Shown: positions 44,163 through 55,416, counted from the first letter of the stretch. The stretch is DNA of 64,000 bases from Ferruginibacter sp. (GCA_039920245.1 JBDSEE010000120.1:27036-91035), one strand, 5' to 3'. Numbers and translations are program-made. Notes: generated by a model not told the origin, from the sequence alone.

Positions 44163-46764
44163 AAGAAATCATGATGAAATAGACAATGCCGTAGAGGATA
44201 TACATAATCCTCCCATGGCCATCCTGATCATAGAAGACAACTTAGGGGATGTGGTTTTACTTAAAGAAACCATCAGTGAAACTTCTCTGAATATTGGTTC
44301 TATTGAACACACTCAAACCCTTGATCAGGCAATTCATTGTCTCAAAGAAAAAACGCCAGATATTATTTTTCTTGATCTATCGCTCCCTGATAGTTCGGGC
44401 CTTGAAAGTTTCAATCAATTACAACAATATAGCGGCGAAACTCCAATTATAATCCTTACAGGAATTAAAGATACCGGCATAGCACTGGAGGCAATAAATA
44501 AAGGAGCGCAGGATTTTTTATTGAAGAGTGATCTGGATGAAAACTTACTTGCCAAGACAATATTATATAGTATAGAAAGAAAGCGGATTTCTGAGTCATT
44601 ACGCAGAAGTAATGAGCGATACAACCTCGTGGAAAAAGCTACAAATGATATGGTGTGGGATTGGGATATGGTTAATAACAAGATATTTCGCAGCACTGCC
44701 GGATGGAACAGGATCATTGGCCCGGTTGATAATGAAGAATACAATTACCCGGATGCGATCTGGAATAGGATGCATCCTGATGATAAGGAAACGAACAATA
44801 AGGATATTGCCCGGTTACTTGCAGACCCGGCTACCACCAGGTTTGAAGTAGAATTTAAGGTGCATCGTACCAATAATACATATGCTAACATAGTAGATCG
44901 TGGTTATATAATTCGAGATGAAAATGGGGTTGCGGTCAGGCTCATTGGCGCCAGCCAGGATATAACAGAACAGAAAACAGCGGAGATAGAATTAAGAAGA
45001 CTTTCCCTAATCGCAAAAGAAACGGTTAATGCGATCATAATTACAAATGAAACCGGCATAGTACAATGGACAAATGAATCGTTTGAAAATATCACAGGGT
45101 ACAAAGCAAAGGAGATTGCTGGAAAATTGTTATATGATTTCCTGAAGCTGGTTCATGCAAGTGCAATATTAGTTCGATATGCCAGGATGAACCTAAAAGC
45201 GAAAAGATCCTTTGGGTGCGATATAAAAATGCGCAAAAAAAACGCAGAGGTATGTTGGCTTCGGCTCCAATGCCAGGTGCAACAAAACTCACGGCTGGAA
45301 GTAACAGGTTTTTTTGCAATAGCAACTGATATAAGTAAAGAAAAAATTGCGGAAGAAAAACTTGTGTTAAGCGAACAAAGATTTCGGTCTATTATTGAAA
45401 GCAGCAGTGAAGGAATAACCCTCATAAATAAAAATGGAGATGTAATTGAAACAAGTCCTGCTGCAAAGAAAATGCTTGGATATAGTTCTGAAGATTATGT
45501 GAGCCTTGAGAATAAGAATTTAATTCATCCTGAGGATAAAGAAAGAGTTGCGTTAGCATATGATGAAATAATTGCAAATGAAAACCATGTAAAGCAACTC
45601 GAATACCGGTTTAAAAAGCTTGATGGAAACTATATCTGGATAGAATCTACTTTTCATAATTTGCTTCATGAGCCTGCCATTGAAGCTGTAGTTATCCACT
45701 TCAGAGATATTTCTTCCCGAAAATCATTTGAAGAAATATTAAAAAGCTCCGAAGAAAAATACCGTAAATTTTTTAATAGCAATCCATCGGCTATTGTTAT
45801 ATGGAATCCACAAAGTTTTGAAATAATTGAAGTTAACGAGGCTGCAATTCATCAATATGGATATAGAAAAAATGAGTTCTTATCCTTAAGTTTTATTGAT
45901 CTGTTAACCACTGGCCAGGTAGGTTATTTTAAAGCGCTTTCCCAAAATATGTTGTTAAATGAAAACTTCAAAGCAAAAGCAATAGTTACACACAAGATAA
46001 AATCGGGTGAGATACTTTATATGGATATTGCTTACCAGGTAATAGATTATTATGGAAAAAAAGCTAGCCTTGCCATTGCAAATAATATAACAGATAAAAT
46101 AAACCTGGAGAAAAAGCTGGCCGAAGAACGCCAGAAAAAACAACAGCAGATAACAGCAGCTGTTATTACTGCACAAGAACAAGAACGGGAAGAATTAGGG
46201 AGAGAACTGCATGATAATATAAACCAGATATTAGCCACAACAAAACTATACGTGGAATATGCCATAACTAATGATGACATGAAGGAAACCTTGCTTAACA
46301 GTGCAAAGGATTTTATTATTTCCGCAGTAAGCGAGTTGAGAAGGCTCTCGCAAACCCTGTCTCCACCATCATTGGGTGAGGTAGGGATTGAAATGGCATT
46401 GAAGGAATTGGTTGAAAACCTGCAGGTGATCAATAAATTTAAATTTCACACGGATTGGCAGGAATTAGATAAGACAAGACTTTCAGAACAATTCCGGCTT
46501 ACGATTTTCAGGATAGTGCAGGAGCAATTAAATAATATTATCAAGCATGCAGATGCAAAAAATGTGTGGATTATAATAAAACTTAAAAATAAACGTTTGG
46601 CTATTACCATTAAAGATGATGGGAAAGGCTTTAAACTTAATGACAGAAGCAGAGGTGTTGGGTTGAAAAATATAGGAAGCAGGGCAGAGCTACATAATGG
46701 AACAATGCAGATTAAAACTGCTCCAGGAAAAGGATGCGAATTAAATGTGCTATTTAACTTATAA
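44155..46764 (+). CDS. Hybrid kinase REC-4xPAS-HisKA_3-HATPase
   Basis: ILIIEDNLGD REC, RELHDNINQ and DDGKGF. Confidence 0.93.
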   Translation: MYKRNHDEIDNAVEDIHNPPMAILIIEDNLGDVVLLKETISETSLNIGSIEHTQTLDQAIHCLKEKTPDIIFLDLSLPDSSGLESFNQLQQYSGETPIIILTGIKDTGIALEAINKGAQDFLLKSDLDENLLAKTILYSIERKRISESLRRSNERYNLVEKATNDMVWDWDMVNNKIFRSTAGWNRIIGPVDNEEYNYPDAIWNRMHPDDKETNNKDIARLLADPATTRFEVEFKVHRTNNTYANIVDRGYIIRDENGVAVRLIGASQDITEQKTAEIELRRLSLIAKETVNAIIITNETGIVQWTNESFENITGYKAKEIAGKLLYDFLKLVHASAILVRYARMNLKAKRSFGCDIKMRKKNAEVCWLRLQCQVQQNSRLEVTGFFAIATDISKEKIAEEKLVLSEQRFRSIIESSSEGITLINKNGDVIETSPAAKKMLGYSSEDYVSLENKNLIHPEDKERVALAYDEIIANENHVKQLEYRFKKLDGNYIWIESTFHNLLHEPAIEAVVIHFRDISSRKSFEEILKSSEEKYRKFFNSNPSAIVIWNPQSFEIIEVNEAAIHQYGYRKNEFLSLSFIDLLTTGQVGYFKALSQNMLLNENFKAKAIVTHKIKSGEILYMDIAYQVIDYYGKKASLAIANNITDKINLEKKLAEERQKKQQQITAAVITAQEQEREELGRELHDNINQILATTKLYVEYAITNDDMKETLLNSAKDFIISAVSELRRLSQTLSPPSLGEVGIEMALKELVENLQVINKFKFHTDWQELDKTRLSEQFRLTIFRIVQEQLNNIIKHADAKNVWIIIKLKNKRLAITIKDDGKGFKLNDRSRGVGLKNIGSRAELHNGTMQIKTAPGKGCELNVLFNL

Positions 46765-46780
46765 CACCTAGGATCAAGAC

Positions 46781-47410
46781 ATGGAAAAAATTTTATTGGT
46801 AGATGACCATACAATTATCAGGACAGGACTAAAAATTTTAATGGGCAGCGATCTTAAGAATTACAGTTTTGATGACGCTGAAAATGGTGAATCCGCCCTG
46901 GAACATGTAAAAAAAACTGAATACGCTCTGCTTGTCCTCGACGTAAATATTCCCGGTACAGATACGTTTGATTTAGCATCAGAATTACTTGCATTACAAC
47001 CAGATCTGAAAATTCTAGTTTTTAGTATGAATGAAGAAAACATTTATGCCAAGAAATTTTTTAAGATGGGGGTTAAAGGTTATGTGCGTAAAGACGAACC
47101 GGCAGAAGAAATCAAAAAAGCATTTTTTACTGTTTTAAATAACCGTAAGTATATAAGCAAATCTTTTAGCGAGTGTCTTGCTGAGACGATGTTTGATAAA
47201 AAATCTGATAACCCTTTTGAAAGGCTGTCTCCCCGGCAGTTTGAGATCACTCAATACCTTATGCAGGGAAAGTCAATAAGTGATATTTGTAATAAAATGA
47301 ACCTGCATAGTTCAACAGTCAGCACACAAAAGAACAGGATATTTGAGAAGCTAAAAGTCACAAGCCTGGTTGAATTATATTCAATGAAAAAAATGCATGG
47401 AGAAGCCTAA
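46781..47410 (+). CDS. NarL/FixJ-family response regulator
   Basis: VDDHTIIRTG plus LSPRQFEI...TVSTQK. Confidence 0.95.
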   Translation: MEKILLVDDHTIIRTGLKILMGSDLKNYSFDDAENGESALEHVKKTEYALLVLDVNIPGTDTFDLASELLALQPDLKILVFSMNEENIYAKKFFKMGVKGYVRKDEPAEEIKKAFFTVLNNRKYISKSFSECLAETMFDKKSDNPFERLSPRQFEITQYLMQGKSISDICNKMNLHSSTVSTQKNRIFEKLKVTSLVELYSMKKMHGEA

Positions 47411-47665
47411 TTAGTTTTTTTCTTTTGAATTATACTACCCTGCGGAAATGAAATATTTAGCCTGCATCCCTCCCCAGGCTGAGTGAAAAAAATTACTTCT
47501 CCTTTATATAATGCCGCCCGGCTGAAAATATTTCCAATACCCATTCCTTTACTATTTCTTTCAATAAAATCAAATCCTACTACATTATCTTCAATATTCA
47601 AGATTACCTGTCCTGTCTAGGTTTTTATTTCTATGATAACATTTCTGGCTGTACATGCCTTATTA
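47407..47665 (-). pseudogene. Remnant of a HisKA_3-type HATPase_c domain
   Basis: Reads ARNVIIEIKT*TGQVILNIEDNVVGFD...GMGIGNIFSRA, with an in-frame TAG at 47617-47619, DNG changed to DNV, and no H-box or sensor. Confidence 0.75.
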
Positions 47666-47813
47666 TGATGATAAGGCCAATTTAAATAATTACGCATTTT
47701 TATTGTTTTTACAACACTCAATATATTCCTGAATTAGTAAATATGTGCATGATTTTGGAACTGCCTTTTTTTTATTGTACTTTTTGTATTCTAAGCAGTC
47801 ATCTTTTACCTGC

Positions 47814-50800
47814 ATGAAAAATATTCAACAGAATAAAATAATAAGAATTGCTTTTGTAATAGCCATTTTCAGCATCAGCTACCTGGCCTATGCTACATAC
47901 GTGAATATGAAAAATGCTATTGTAGCAAACAATAATTTAAAAATATCTCTCGACACCCAATTTCATCTTGATTCAATCCTTACAGATATCCAGGAAATTG
48001 AATCTAATCAAAGGAGTTTTATTATTTCAGGGAATGAAAAATATGTGAATGATTATCACACCGGCCTGAATAAAATAAAGAAGGATACTGCATTTGATGA
48101 AACATTAAATTTCCATGAACAACAGTTTCAGGAATTATACGAACAGCTTGTCAGGCTTATTACACATAAAATAGAAAATATAAATTATACACTGGAGTTA
48201 AACAAGATATATGGGCTGGATTCCGCCCGCAGATATATAACCAGGGGTAAGGGAAAATTATTAATGGATTCAGTGAATGTTGCTATTGTAGCATTGAAAT
48301 ATAAAACGCAGCTCAAACTTACACAGGCAAATAATTATAAAAATAACTTCATCAGAGAAGCATTTTTCACTTTTTCAATGGTTTGTTTATTATTCATAAT
48401 CATTTTAGGGGTTAATTATTTTCTTAAAAGCCGGGATAATAAATTATTACTAGCCTCAGAAAAACGATTAAAATTTAATGCATCTCTTATCAGGAATATT
48501 TCTGATCCGATCATAACTACTGATGCCGCATTCAGGATTACAAACTGGAATAAGTATGCTGAAGAATTGTATGGTTATACAGAAGAAGAGGTAAGGGGCA
48601 AAGAGATAAATAAAATTTTAAAAATTGAATACCCAAAGCATAACCAGGACAAAATTCTTAAAAATTATAGCAAGGTTGATTACTGGAAAGGCGAAGTAAT
48701 TCATTATAATAAAAAAAATGATCCTTTAGATGTGGAGGTAACTACTTCTTCCATAAAGGATGAAAAAGGTGAAAAGGCCGGAACTGTAACGGTTATCAGA
48801 GATATTACCAGCCGTAAAAAGGCAGATGAGAAACTCAATAGACTAACGACAACCCTCCAGGAGCAGGTGGAATTGAAAACTGCAGAACTGAGCAAAGTGT
48901 TTGAAAGAATAACGGACGCATTTATCGCCCTGGATAATGACTGGAAATATACTTATGTAAACACCAGGGCAGCACAAATGCATGGAAAAATACCAGCGGA
49001 TCTTCTTGGAAAAAATATCTGGGATGAATTTCCAGATGTAGTGAACGAACCTTTTTATGAAGCATTGCACGAGGCAAAAAAAACACAGCAAGCATTAAAA
49101 CTTCAGCTCCCTTACTCAAAAACAGGCCGCTGGTTTGAAGATCTGATTTATCCTTCTGATGATGGTATATCAGTTTATTATCATGATATAACAGAAGAAA
49201 AGAGAGCTCAAATAGCATTGGAAATTGCACATGAGCGTCTGAATAATCACATTACAAATACTCCTCTTGCAGTGGTAGAATATGATGCTGATCTGGTAGT
49301 GCTTCAATGGAGTGAAAAAGCAGAGGAAATGTTTGGATGGAATAAAGAAGAAATTTTAAATAAACCATTAATACCTGAAGGGTTTGTACACCACGATGAT
49401 GTGGCAAAAGTAAAAGAGCAACTTGCCAGGTTAAACAACAAAGATGTTAAAAGCGGGACATTACATAACCGCAATATTACTAAGGACGGCAGGGTGATCT
49501 ACTGCGAATGGTATAACTCTGTATTGAAGGACGAAGAAGGAAATAGTATTGGGGTATTATCATTAGTTCAGGATGTAACAGGCCGCACGCTGGTAGAAAT
49601 AGAATTGCAGGAAGCAGAAGCTAAATTTAGAAACCTGGTTGAAAAATCCCTGGTAGGTGTGTACATTATACAGGACGGGAAATTTGTGTATGTCAACCCC
49701 ATGTTTGCTCAATTGTTTGGATATAAAATGGATGATATCCTTGATAAGGATGTCAATATCATTGTATATGAAAAAGATAAGGAACTGGTGGAAACAACTA
49801 TGCAAGATCGTTTTTCCGGTTTAAATAAAAGCAGCCATTACGAATTCAAAGGATTGCATGCTGCAGGTTATATTGTTGAAGTGGAAGTATATGGAACGCT
49901 TACTCAATACAAGGGCAACAAAGCCATCATCGGTACACTTATAAATATTACAGAAAGAAAAAAAGCATTGCAATTATTGGGAGATACTGCAAAAAAACTT
50001 GCTATCAGTAATGAACGGTTTAACCTGATAGCTAAAGCTACTAACGATGCCATCTGGGATTGGGATATGGAAACTAATAACATGTGGGGCAATGAAATTT
50101 TCCGGAACATTTTTTCACTTCATAAAGGCACAAAGCTTGCCTATGGAGATTTCCTTGAGCGCCTGCATCCGGATGACGCACCAATACTACTTGAAAATTT
50201 CAAAAATGCGCTGCGAAATAAAGTTACTTTTCTCTCAGAGGAATTCCGGTTTAAAATGGCCGATGGAAATTACCGGAGTTTGTATGACCGGGCATATATT
50301 GTTTATGATGAAAAAGGAAGAGCATATCGCATGGTGGGTGCAATGCAGGATGTAACTATACAAAAGCGCTTCCAGGAACAGATCATCCTGGAAAAAGAAT
50401 TATCCGATTCAATAATCAACAGCTTGCCTGGTATATTTTATTTATTTAATTCGCAAGGTAAGTTTAGCAGATGGAATGATAATTTTGAAAAGGTTTCAGG
50501 CTACTCATCTGAAGAAATAAACAACCTGAATCCACTCGAATTATTTGACGAAGAAGAAAAAGACCTGTTACAGCAAAAACTTGCAAATGTTTTTGTTGCA
50601 GGAGAAGATAATGTGGAGGCACATTTTCTAACAAAGTCAGGCGAAAAAATTCCTTATTATTTTAATGGGATGGTAATAAAATATGAAGGTGAAACCTGCC
50701 TGTTGGGAGTAGGTATCGATATTAGTGACCGGGTGATAGCCCAACAAAAAATTGAAGAGAGCGAAGAAAAATTCCGCATGCTTATTGACCAGGCATCGGA

Positions 50801-52145
50801 TGGCATTTTTATAAGCAGCCAGGCAGGTAATTATGAAGAGGTAAACAGAAATGCCACGGAGCTAACAGGTTATACGAGGGAAGAATTACTTAATATGACG
50901 ATGACCGACCTTGTGTTGAAAGAAGATTATGAAAGCAACCCATTCATGCTGGCAGAACTAATGAGGGGAGAATCGGTTATTAATGAGCGAACTTTTCTTA
51001 GGAAAGATGGCAGCTTATTAGATGTAGAGATCAGTGCCAAACAATTGCCCGATGGTAGATTTCAGGGTATTGTAAGAGATATTACAGAAAGGAAGAAAAC
51101 GGAAGAAGCATTAAAACTTTCGGAACATAAGTACAGGCTTTTGTTTGACCAAAACCCGATGCCCATGTGGATGATCTCTCTCCCGGAAAGAAGATTCCTG
51201 GATGTAAATACTGCTGCAATTGAGTTCTATGGTTATTCAAGAAAAGAGTTTTTGGAAATGACCGTAAAAGATATCAGACCGCCTGATGATATTCCAGAAT
51301 TTCAGTCACGGTTAAATACCTATCGTTCAGGGATAAACAATGCAGGGATCTGGAGACACAAAAAGAAAAATGGAAGTATTGTAAAAGTCAGTATCATAAC
51401 TCATGATGTGATCTTCGAGGGGCAGCACGCAAAACTGGTTTTGGGAACAGATGTTACTGAAAAACTGATTGCAGAAGAAAGCCTGAAAAAATCGCATGAG
51501 GAATACCGTCAATTGGCTACACACCTGGAAACAATCCGTGAAGCAGAGCGAACCCATATGGCTAGGGAAATACATGATGAACTAGGCCAGCAACTTACTG
51601 GTTTGAAAATGGATATATCCTGGATAAACAAACGCCTGAAATCGGAGGACAATGAAATAAAACAAAAGATAAAAGAAACTATACAACTAATAGATACTAC
51701 CGTAAAAACAGTTCGTAGAATAGCTACTGCACTAAGGCCAAGTATACTGGATGACCTTGGATTGATTGCTGCTATGGAATGGCAAAGTGAAGAGTTTGAG
51801 AAGCGCTCGGAGATCAAGTCTATGTTTAGCAGTAATGTGAATGTAGTAGAAATAAACAATGAAATTGCAACAGGTATATTCCGTATTTACCAGGAAAGCC
51901 TTACCAATGTGCTCAGGCATGCGGATGCAACCCAGGTAAATGCTTTTATGCAAATTAAGGACAACGTTCTTATTTTAAATATTTCAGATAATGGAAAGGG
52001 ATTTAACGCCGTAGAAATACAAAACAAAAAAACGCTTGGGCTCCTTGGTATGAAAGAAAGAACCATGCTGATGGGGGGAAGCTATGAGATAAACAGTAAA
52101 CCGGGCAAAGGAACGGCGGTGATTATTATTGTACCTTTAACCTAA
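47814..52145 (+). CDS. Membrane sensor kinase CHASE3-8xPAS-HisKA_3-HATPase
   Basis: Two TM helices flanking ESNQRSFIISG (CHASE3-like), eight PAS repeats and REIHDELGQQL. Start reassigned to ATG 47814. Confidence 0.93.
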   Translation: MKNIQQNKIIRIAFVIAIFSISYLAYATYVNMKNAIVANNNLKISLDTQFHLDSILTDIQEIESNQRSFIISGNEKYVNDYHTGLNKIKKDTAFDETLNFHEQQFQELYEQLVRLITHKIENINYTLELNKIYGLDSARRYITRGKGKLLMDSVNVAIVALKYKTQLKLTQANNYKNNFIREAFFTFSMVCLLFIIILGVNYFLKSRDNKLLLASEKRLKFNASLIRNISDPIITTDAAFRITNWNKYAEELYGYTEEEVRGKEINKILKIEYPKHNQDKILKNYSKVDYWKGEVIHYNKKNDPLDVEVTTSSIKDEKGEKAGTVTVIRDITSRKKADEKLNRLTTTLQEQVELKTAELSKVFERITDAFIALDNDWKYTYVNTRAAQMHGKIPADLLGKNIWDEFPDVVNEPFYEALHEAKKTQQALKLQLPYSKTGRWFEDLIYPSDDGISVYYHDITEEKRAQIALEIAHERLNNHITNTPLAVVEYDADLVVLQWSEKAEEMFGWNKEEILNKPLIPEGFVHHDDVAKVKEQLARLNNKDVKSGTLHNRNITKDGRVIYCEWYNSVLKDEEGNSIGVLSLVQDVTGRTLVEIELQEAEAKFRNLVEKSLVGVYIIQDGKFVYVNPMFAQLFGYKMDDILDKDVNIIVYEKDKELVETTMQDRFSGLNKSSHYEFKGLHAAGYIVEVEVYGTLTQYKGNKAIIGTLINITERKKALQLLGDTAKKLAISNERFNLIAKATNDAIWDWDMETNNMWGNEIFRNIFSLHKGTKLAYGDFLERLHPDDAPILLENFKNALRNKVTFLSEEFRFKMADGNYRSLYDRAYIVYDEKGRAYRMVGAMQDVTIQKRFQEQIILEKELSDSIINSLPGIFYLFNSQGKFSRWNDNFEKVSGYSSEEINNLNPLELFDEEEKDLLQQKLANVFVAGEDNVEAHFLTKSGEKIPYYFNGMVIKYEGETCLLGVGIDISDRVIAQQKIEESEEKFRMLIDQASDGIFISSQAGNYEEVNRNATELTGYTREELLNMTMTDLVLKEDYESNPFMLAELMRGESVINERTFLRKDGSLLDVEISAKQLPDGRFQGIVRDITERKKTEEALKLSEHKYRLLFDQNPMPMWMISLPERRFLDVNTAAIEFYGYSRKEFLEMTVKDIRPPDDIPEFQSRLNTYRSGINNAGIWRHKKKNGSIVKVSIITHDVIFEGQHAKLVLGTDVTEKLIAEESLKKSHEEYRQLATHLETIREAERTHMAREIHDELGQQLTGLKMDISWINKRLKSEDNEIKQKIKETIQLIDTTVKTVRRIATALRPSILDDLGLIAAMEWQSEEFEKRSEIKSMFSSNVNVVEINNEIATGIFRIYQESLTNVLRHADATQVNAFMQIKDNVLILNISDNGKGFNAVEIQNKKTLGLLGMKERTMLMGGSYEINSKPGKGTAVIIIVPLT

Positions 52146-52167
52146 CTTTTAAATATCTATTTTCAAT

Positions 52168-52797
52168 ATGGTTCGATTTTTAATTGCAGACGATCATACC
52201 ATTGTAAGAAGAGGGATACGCCAAATTCTTCTGGAGGGATTTCCGACTTCACACATTGAGGAAGTAGGAGATGCGGAAGATATGATAAAAAAAATCATAC
52301 AGGCAGAATGGGATGTAGTGATAAGCGATTTAAGTATGCCTGGCCGAAGTGGCCTGGAAGCATTGCAACAAATAAAACAAATTCGTCCTAAACTTCCTGT
52401 TCTTATTCTTAGTATTCATCCGGAAGAGCAATATGCGCTTAGGGTTTTAAAAGCGGGAGCAGCGGGGTACTTAAGTAAAGACCTTGCTCCGGACGAACTG
52501 GTGAACGCAGTTCAAAGAGTACTGCTCGGGAAAAAATATATAACGGCTAGCATTGCAGAAAAACTTGCTTCAGTTTTAGATAATGATAGCGATAAGCTTC
52601 CGCATGAGTATTTATCCGACAGGGAATTTAGTGTACTAAAACTACTGGCCTCCGGAAAATCAGTTTCAGATATTGCAGAAACGTTGTTTCTTAGTGTAAC
52701 TACTGTTAGTACATATAGGGCACGCATCATGGCGAAAATGAACATGAAAAGCAATGCAGATCTTACTTTGTATGCAATTGAAAACAAGTTATTGTAA
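52168..52797 (+). CDS. NarL/UvrY-family response regulator
   Basis: ADDHTIVRRG plus LSDREFSV...TVSTYR. Confidence 0.95.
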   Translation: MVRFLIADDHTIVRRGIRQILLEGFPTSHIEEVGDAEDMIKKIIQAEWDVVISDLSMPGRSGLEALQQIKQIRPKLPVLILSIHPEEQYALRVLKAGAAGYLSKDLAPDELVNAVQRVLLGKKYITASIAEKLASVLDNDSDKLPHEYLSDREFSVLKLLASGKSVSDIAETLFLSVTTVSTYRARIMAKMNMKSNADLTLYAIENKLL

Positions 52798-53063
52798 CGC
52801 CTTTTTATACCGATTTCATTTATAAAATAATCCAATACTTTTCTAGCAGCATTTACCCAACCCTTCCGCACAAAAAGCTATACGAAATTTCTGCCACCAC
52901 ACTTTTTCCTAAAATGCATTTCTATTTGGTATTATAACGCAAATTTCAGTTAATACCTTCAGTTTTATTAAATACAGTAGTACAAATTCTACAAAGGCTG
53001 CATACAAATCCTTACAAGACCCCCTTTATAACTACACTAATTTTACAGCAAGAAGATTACCGT

Positions 53064-53438
53064 ATGAATAATGGACGATTAAAAGTTTTAATAGTAGATG
53101 ATGCAGAACTTGTAATAAACAGGGTGATTGAATTATTGAAAGAAATGACGGTAATAGAAAATATTTTAGGTGTAGGGTCCTTCAACCAGGCAATACAGAG
53201 TTTATCTGTTGATGTACCCGACCTCGTTTTATTGGACATTCAACTTCCGGGAAAAAGTGGAATTGAATTGTTGACCCATGTAAAACAGCATTACCCAAAA
53301 ATAAAAATCATCATGCTTACTAATAAGGCTGGCCTTTATTATAAAGCCATTTGTGAAAAAGCCGGCTGTGATCATTTCATTGATAAATCGAGTGACTTTG
53401 AAAAAATACCAAACATTATAGAATCGTATGCCTGCTAA
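53064..53438 (+). CDS. Single-domain response regulator
   Basis: VLIVDD, LLDIQLPGKSG and FIDK. Confidence 0.92.
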   Translation: MNNGRLKVLIVDDAELVINRVIELLKEMTVIENILGVGSFNQAIQSLSVDVPDLVLLDIQLPGKSGIELLTHVKQHYPKIKIIMLTNKAGLYYKAICEKAGCDHFIDKSSDFEKIPNIIESYAC

Positions 53439-53530
53439 AGATATTTTACTATGAATTGTCCCTAAACGCTTAATGATAGAACCAAACTAACTGCTATTTT
53501 TTCAATTTTGTTCAAGTTTCAAGCATGAGA

Positions 53531-53555
53531 AGCCGGTGTGAAAACCGGTTTTTTT
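53531..53555 (+). terminator. Intrinsic terminator
   Basis: GCCGGT-GTGAAA-ACCGGT followed by a T tract. Confidence 0.7.
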
Positions 53556-55332
53556 ATTTGTAGATACGCCCAATAGCATGCTCGTATTTTTCCATTATCA
53601 CCTTGCGCTTTAGTTTTAATGTGGGTGTAAGCTCTCCTGTTTCAATGGTCCACTCCTGGGGGATAAGTTCAAATTTCTTTACCTGCTCCACATGGTTAAA
53701 GAATTTATTAAAAGACTCTATCAATTCTTTATAAAGCTCCAGCACTTTTGGATTATGCAATGCATCTTCAATAGTAATAAACGGAATTTCTTTAAGCCGC
53801 ATCCATTCTTTCAGGTTTGGAATGGACGGAACAATTAATGCTCCGACAAATTTCTGTTCGGCACCTATGATCATCATTTGTTCAACAAAGGGCGACTCCT
53901 TCATTTTATTCTCGATGGGTTGTGGTGCCACGTATTTGCCGCCGCTGGTCTTGAATAATTCTTTTTTACGATCCGTTATTTTTAAATACTTTCCTTCTTC
54001 AAATACACCGATATCACCAGTATGCAACCAACCATCAATTATTGTTTCAGCAGTTAGATCAGGTTTTTTATAATAACCTAACATAACGCTTGGCCCTTTC
54101 ACACAAATTTCACCATCAGCTTCCAGTTTCACATCCTGTCCGTCTATAACCAATCCTACCGTACCAAACTTAGTTCCTCCTTTCCGGCGGCAATTCACAC
54201 TTATTACCGGGCTGTTTTCTGTAGGTCCGTATCCTTCATAAATTGGTATGCCGGCAGCATTGAAGATGCGTAACAAACGTACCTGGCAGGCAGCACCGCC
54301 AGTAATGATACATTCAATATTATTTCCCAGCGCTTCTCTCCATTTATTAAAAATGAGTTTATTAGCAATGGCTAACTGAAGTTTATAAGTTGCACTCTTT
54401 CCCCGGTTATCATATTCATTTCCTAAGGCTACAGCCCAGTTGAAAAGCTTTCGTTTTATTCCGGATAGTTCTGCACCCTTTGCCATAATTTTTTCATATA
54501 CTTTTTCAAGCAGGCGGGGCACAGTACAAAATAGCGTTGGCTTTATTTCTTTCAGATCCTCTCCTATGCTGTCCAGGCTGTCGGCATAGTAGATGGATAT
54601 TCCGCTCACAATGTATATGTAGGAAACCATCCTTTCAAAAATATGGTTCAGGGGTAAAAAACTTAATGCCTTTGCTTTAGAGTTATCTTCAAATGGAAAT
54701 GTAGATTTTGAATTCATGACATTGCTTACAATATTTTTATGACTAAGCATTACTCCTTTTGGTAAGCCCGTAGTACCAGAAGTATAAATGATTGTTGCAC
54801 AATGCTGCGGCTGAATATTTTTTTTCAGCAGTTCAACTTTCGTTTTATTTTCAATGCTTACATTATTTAGTAACTCCTTCCAGTAAATACTTCCTTTCAT
54901 AGCATCAAATCCAAATACTCCCTGCAATGTTGGTATCCTTTCTTTTATGTCGTTCACTTTTGCCAGTATATCATCTCCACTCACAAATGCATATTTAATG
55001 CTTGCATCATTAAAGATAAATTCCAGCTCATTTACATTTGTAGTTGGATATATTGGGCAAAGTGCAGCACCTATTTGCTGGCATGCCATGTCTAAGATCA
55101 GCCACTCAGGCCGGTTGCGGGAGATTAAAGCAATCTTATCCTGGTTTTCAATCTGCATATCATTTCCACTAACACCTAATTGCAGTAAAGCTGCACTCAG
55201 TAAATTGACATGATCTATTACGGCATGGGTATTTAATGGTGTCCATACAGTATTCACTCTTCCTGTAAGCATATCGTCTTTTGGAAAATGCTCTTGCTGA
55301 TAATACAGGAAATCAAATATTCTTTCGATCAT
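53554..55332 (-). CDS. Long-chain fatty acid-CoA ligase (AMP-dependent synthetase)
   Basis: YTSGTTGLPKG, YEGYGPTE, WLHTGDIG and ITDRKKE. Confidence 0.94.
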   Translation of the reverse strand: MIERIFDFLYYQQEHFPKDDMLTGRVNTVWTPLNTHAVIDHVNLLSAALLQLGVSGNDMQIENQDKIALISRNRPEWLILDMACQQIGAALCPIYPTTNVNELEFIFNDASIKYAFVSGDDILAKVNDIKERIPTLQGVFGFDAMKGSIYWKELLNNVSIENKTKVELLKKNIQPQHCATIIYTSGTTGLPKGVMLSHKNIVSNVMNSKSTFPFEDNSKAKALSFLPLNHIFERMVSYIYIVSGISIYYADSLDSIGEDLKEIKPTLFCTVPRLLEKVYEKIMAKGAELSGIKRKLFNWAVALGNEYDNRGKSATYKLQLAIANKLIFNKWREALGNNIECIITGGAACQVRLLRIFNAAGIPIYEGYGPTENSPVISVNCRRKGGTKFGTVGLVIDGQDVKLEADGEICVKGPSVMLGYYKKPDLTAETIIDGWLHTGDIGVFEEGKYLKITDRKKELFKTSGGKYVAPQPIENKMKESPFVEQMMIIGAEQKFVGALIVPSIPNLKEWMRLKEIPFITIEDALHNPKVLELYKELIESFNKFFNHVEQVKKFELIPQEWTIETGELTPTLKLKRKVIMEKYEHAIGRIYK

Positions 55333-55416
55333 GAAGTTAGGTTTAGCAGGATTGCAGGCTTTTTGCCTCGTCAGTTTGGTTCATAAACAATCGCTTTAAT
55401 GCAAACTAAGGTATAT

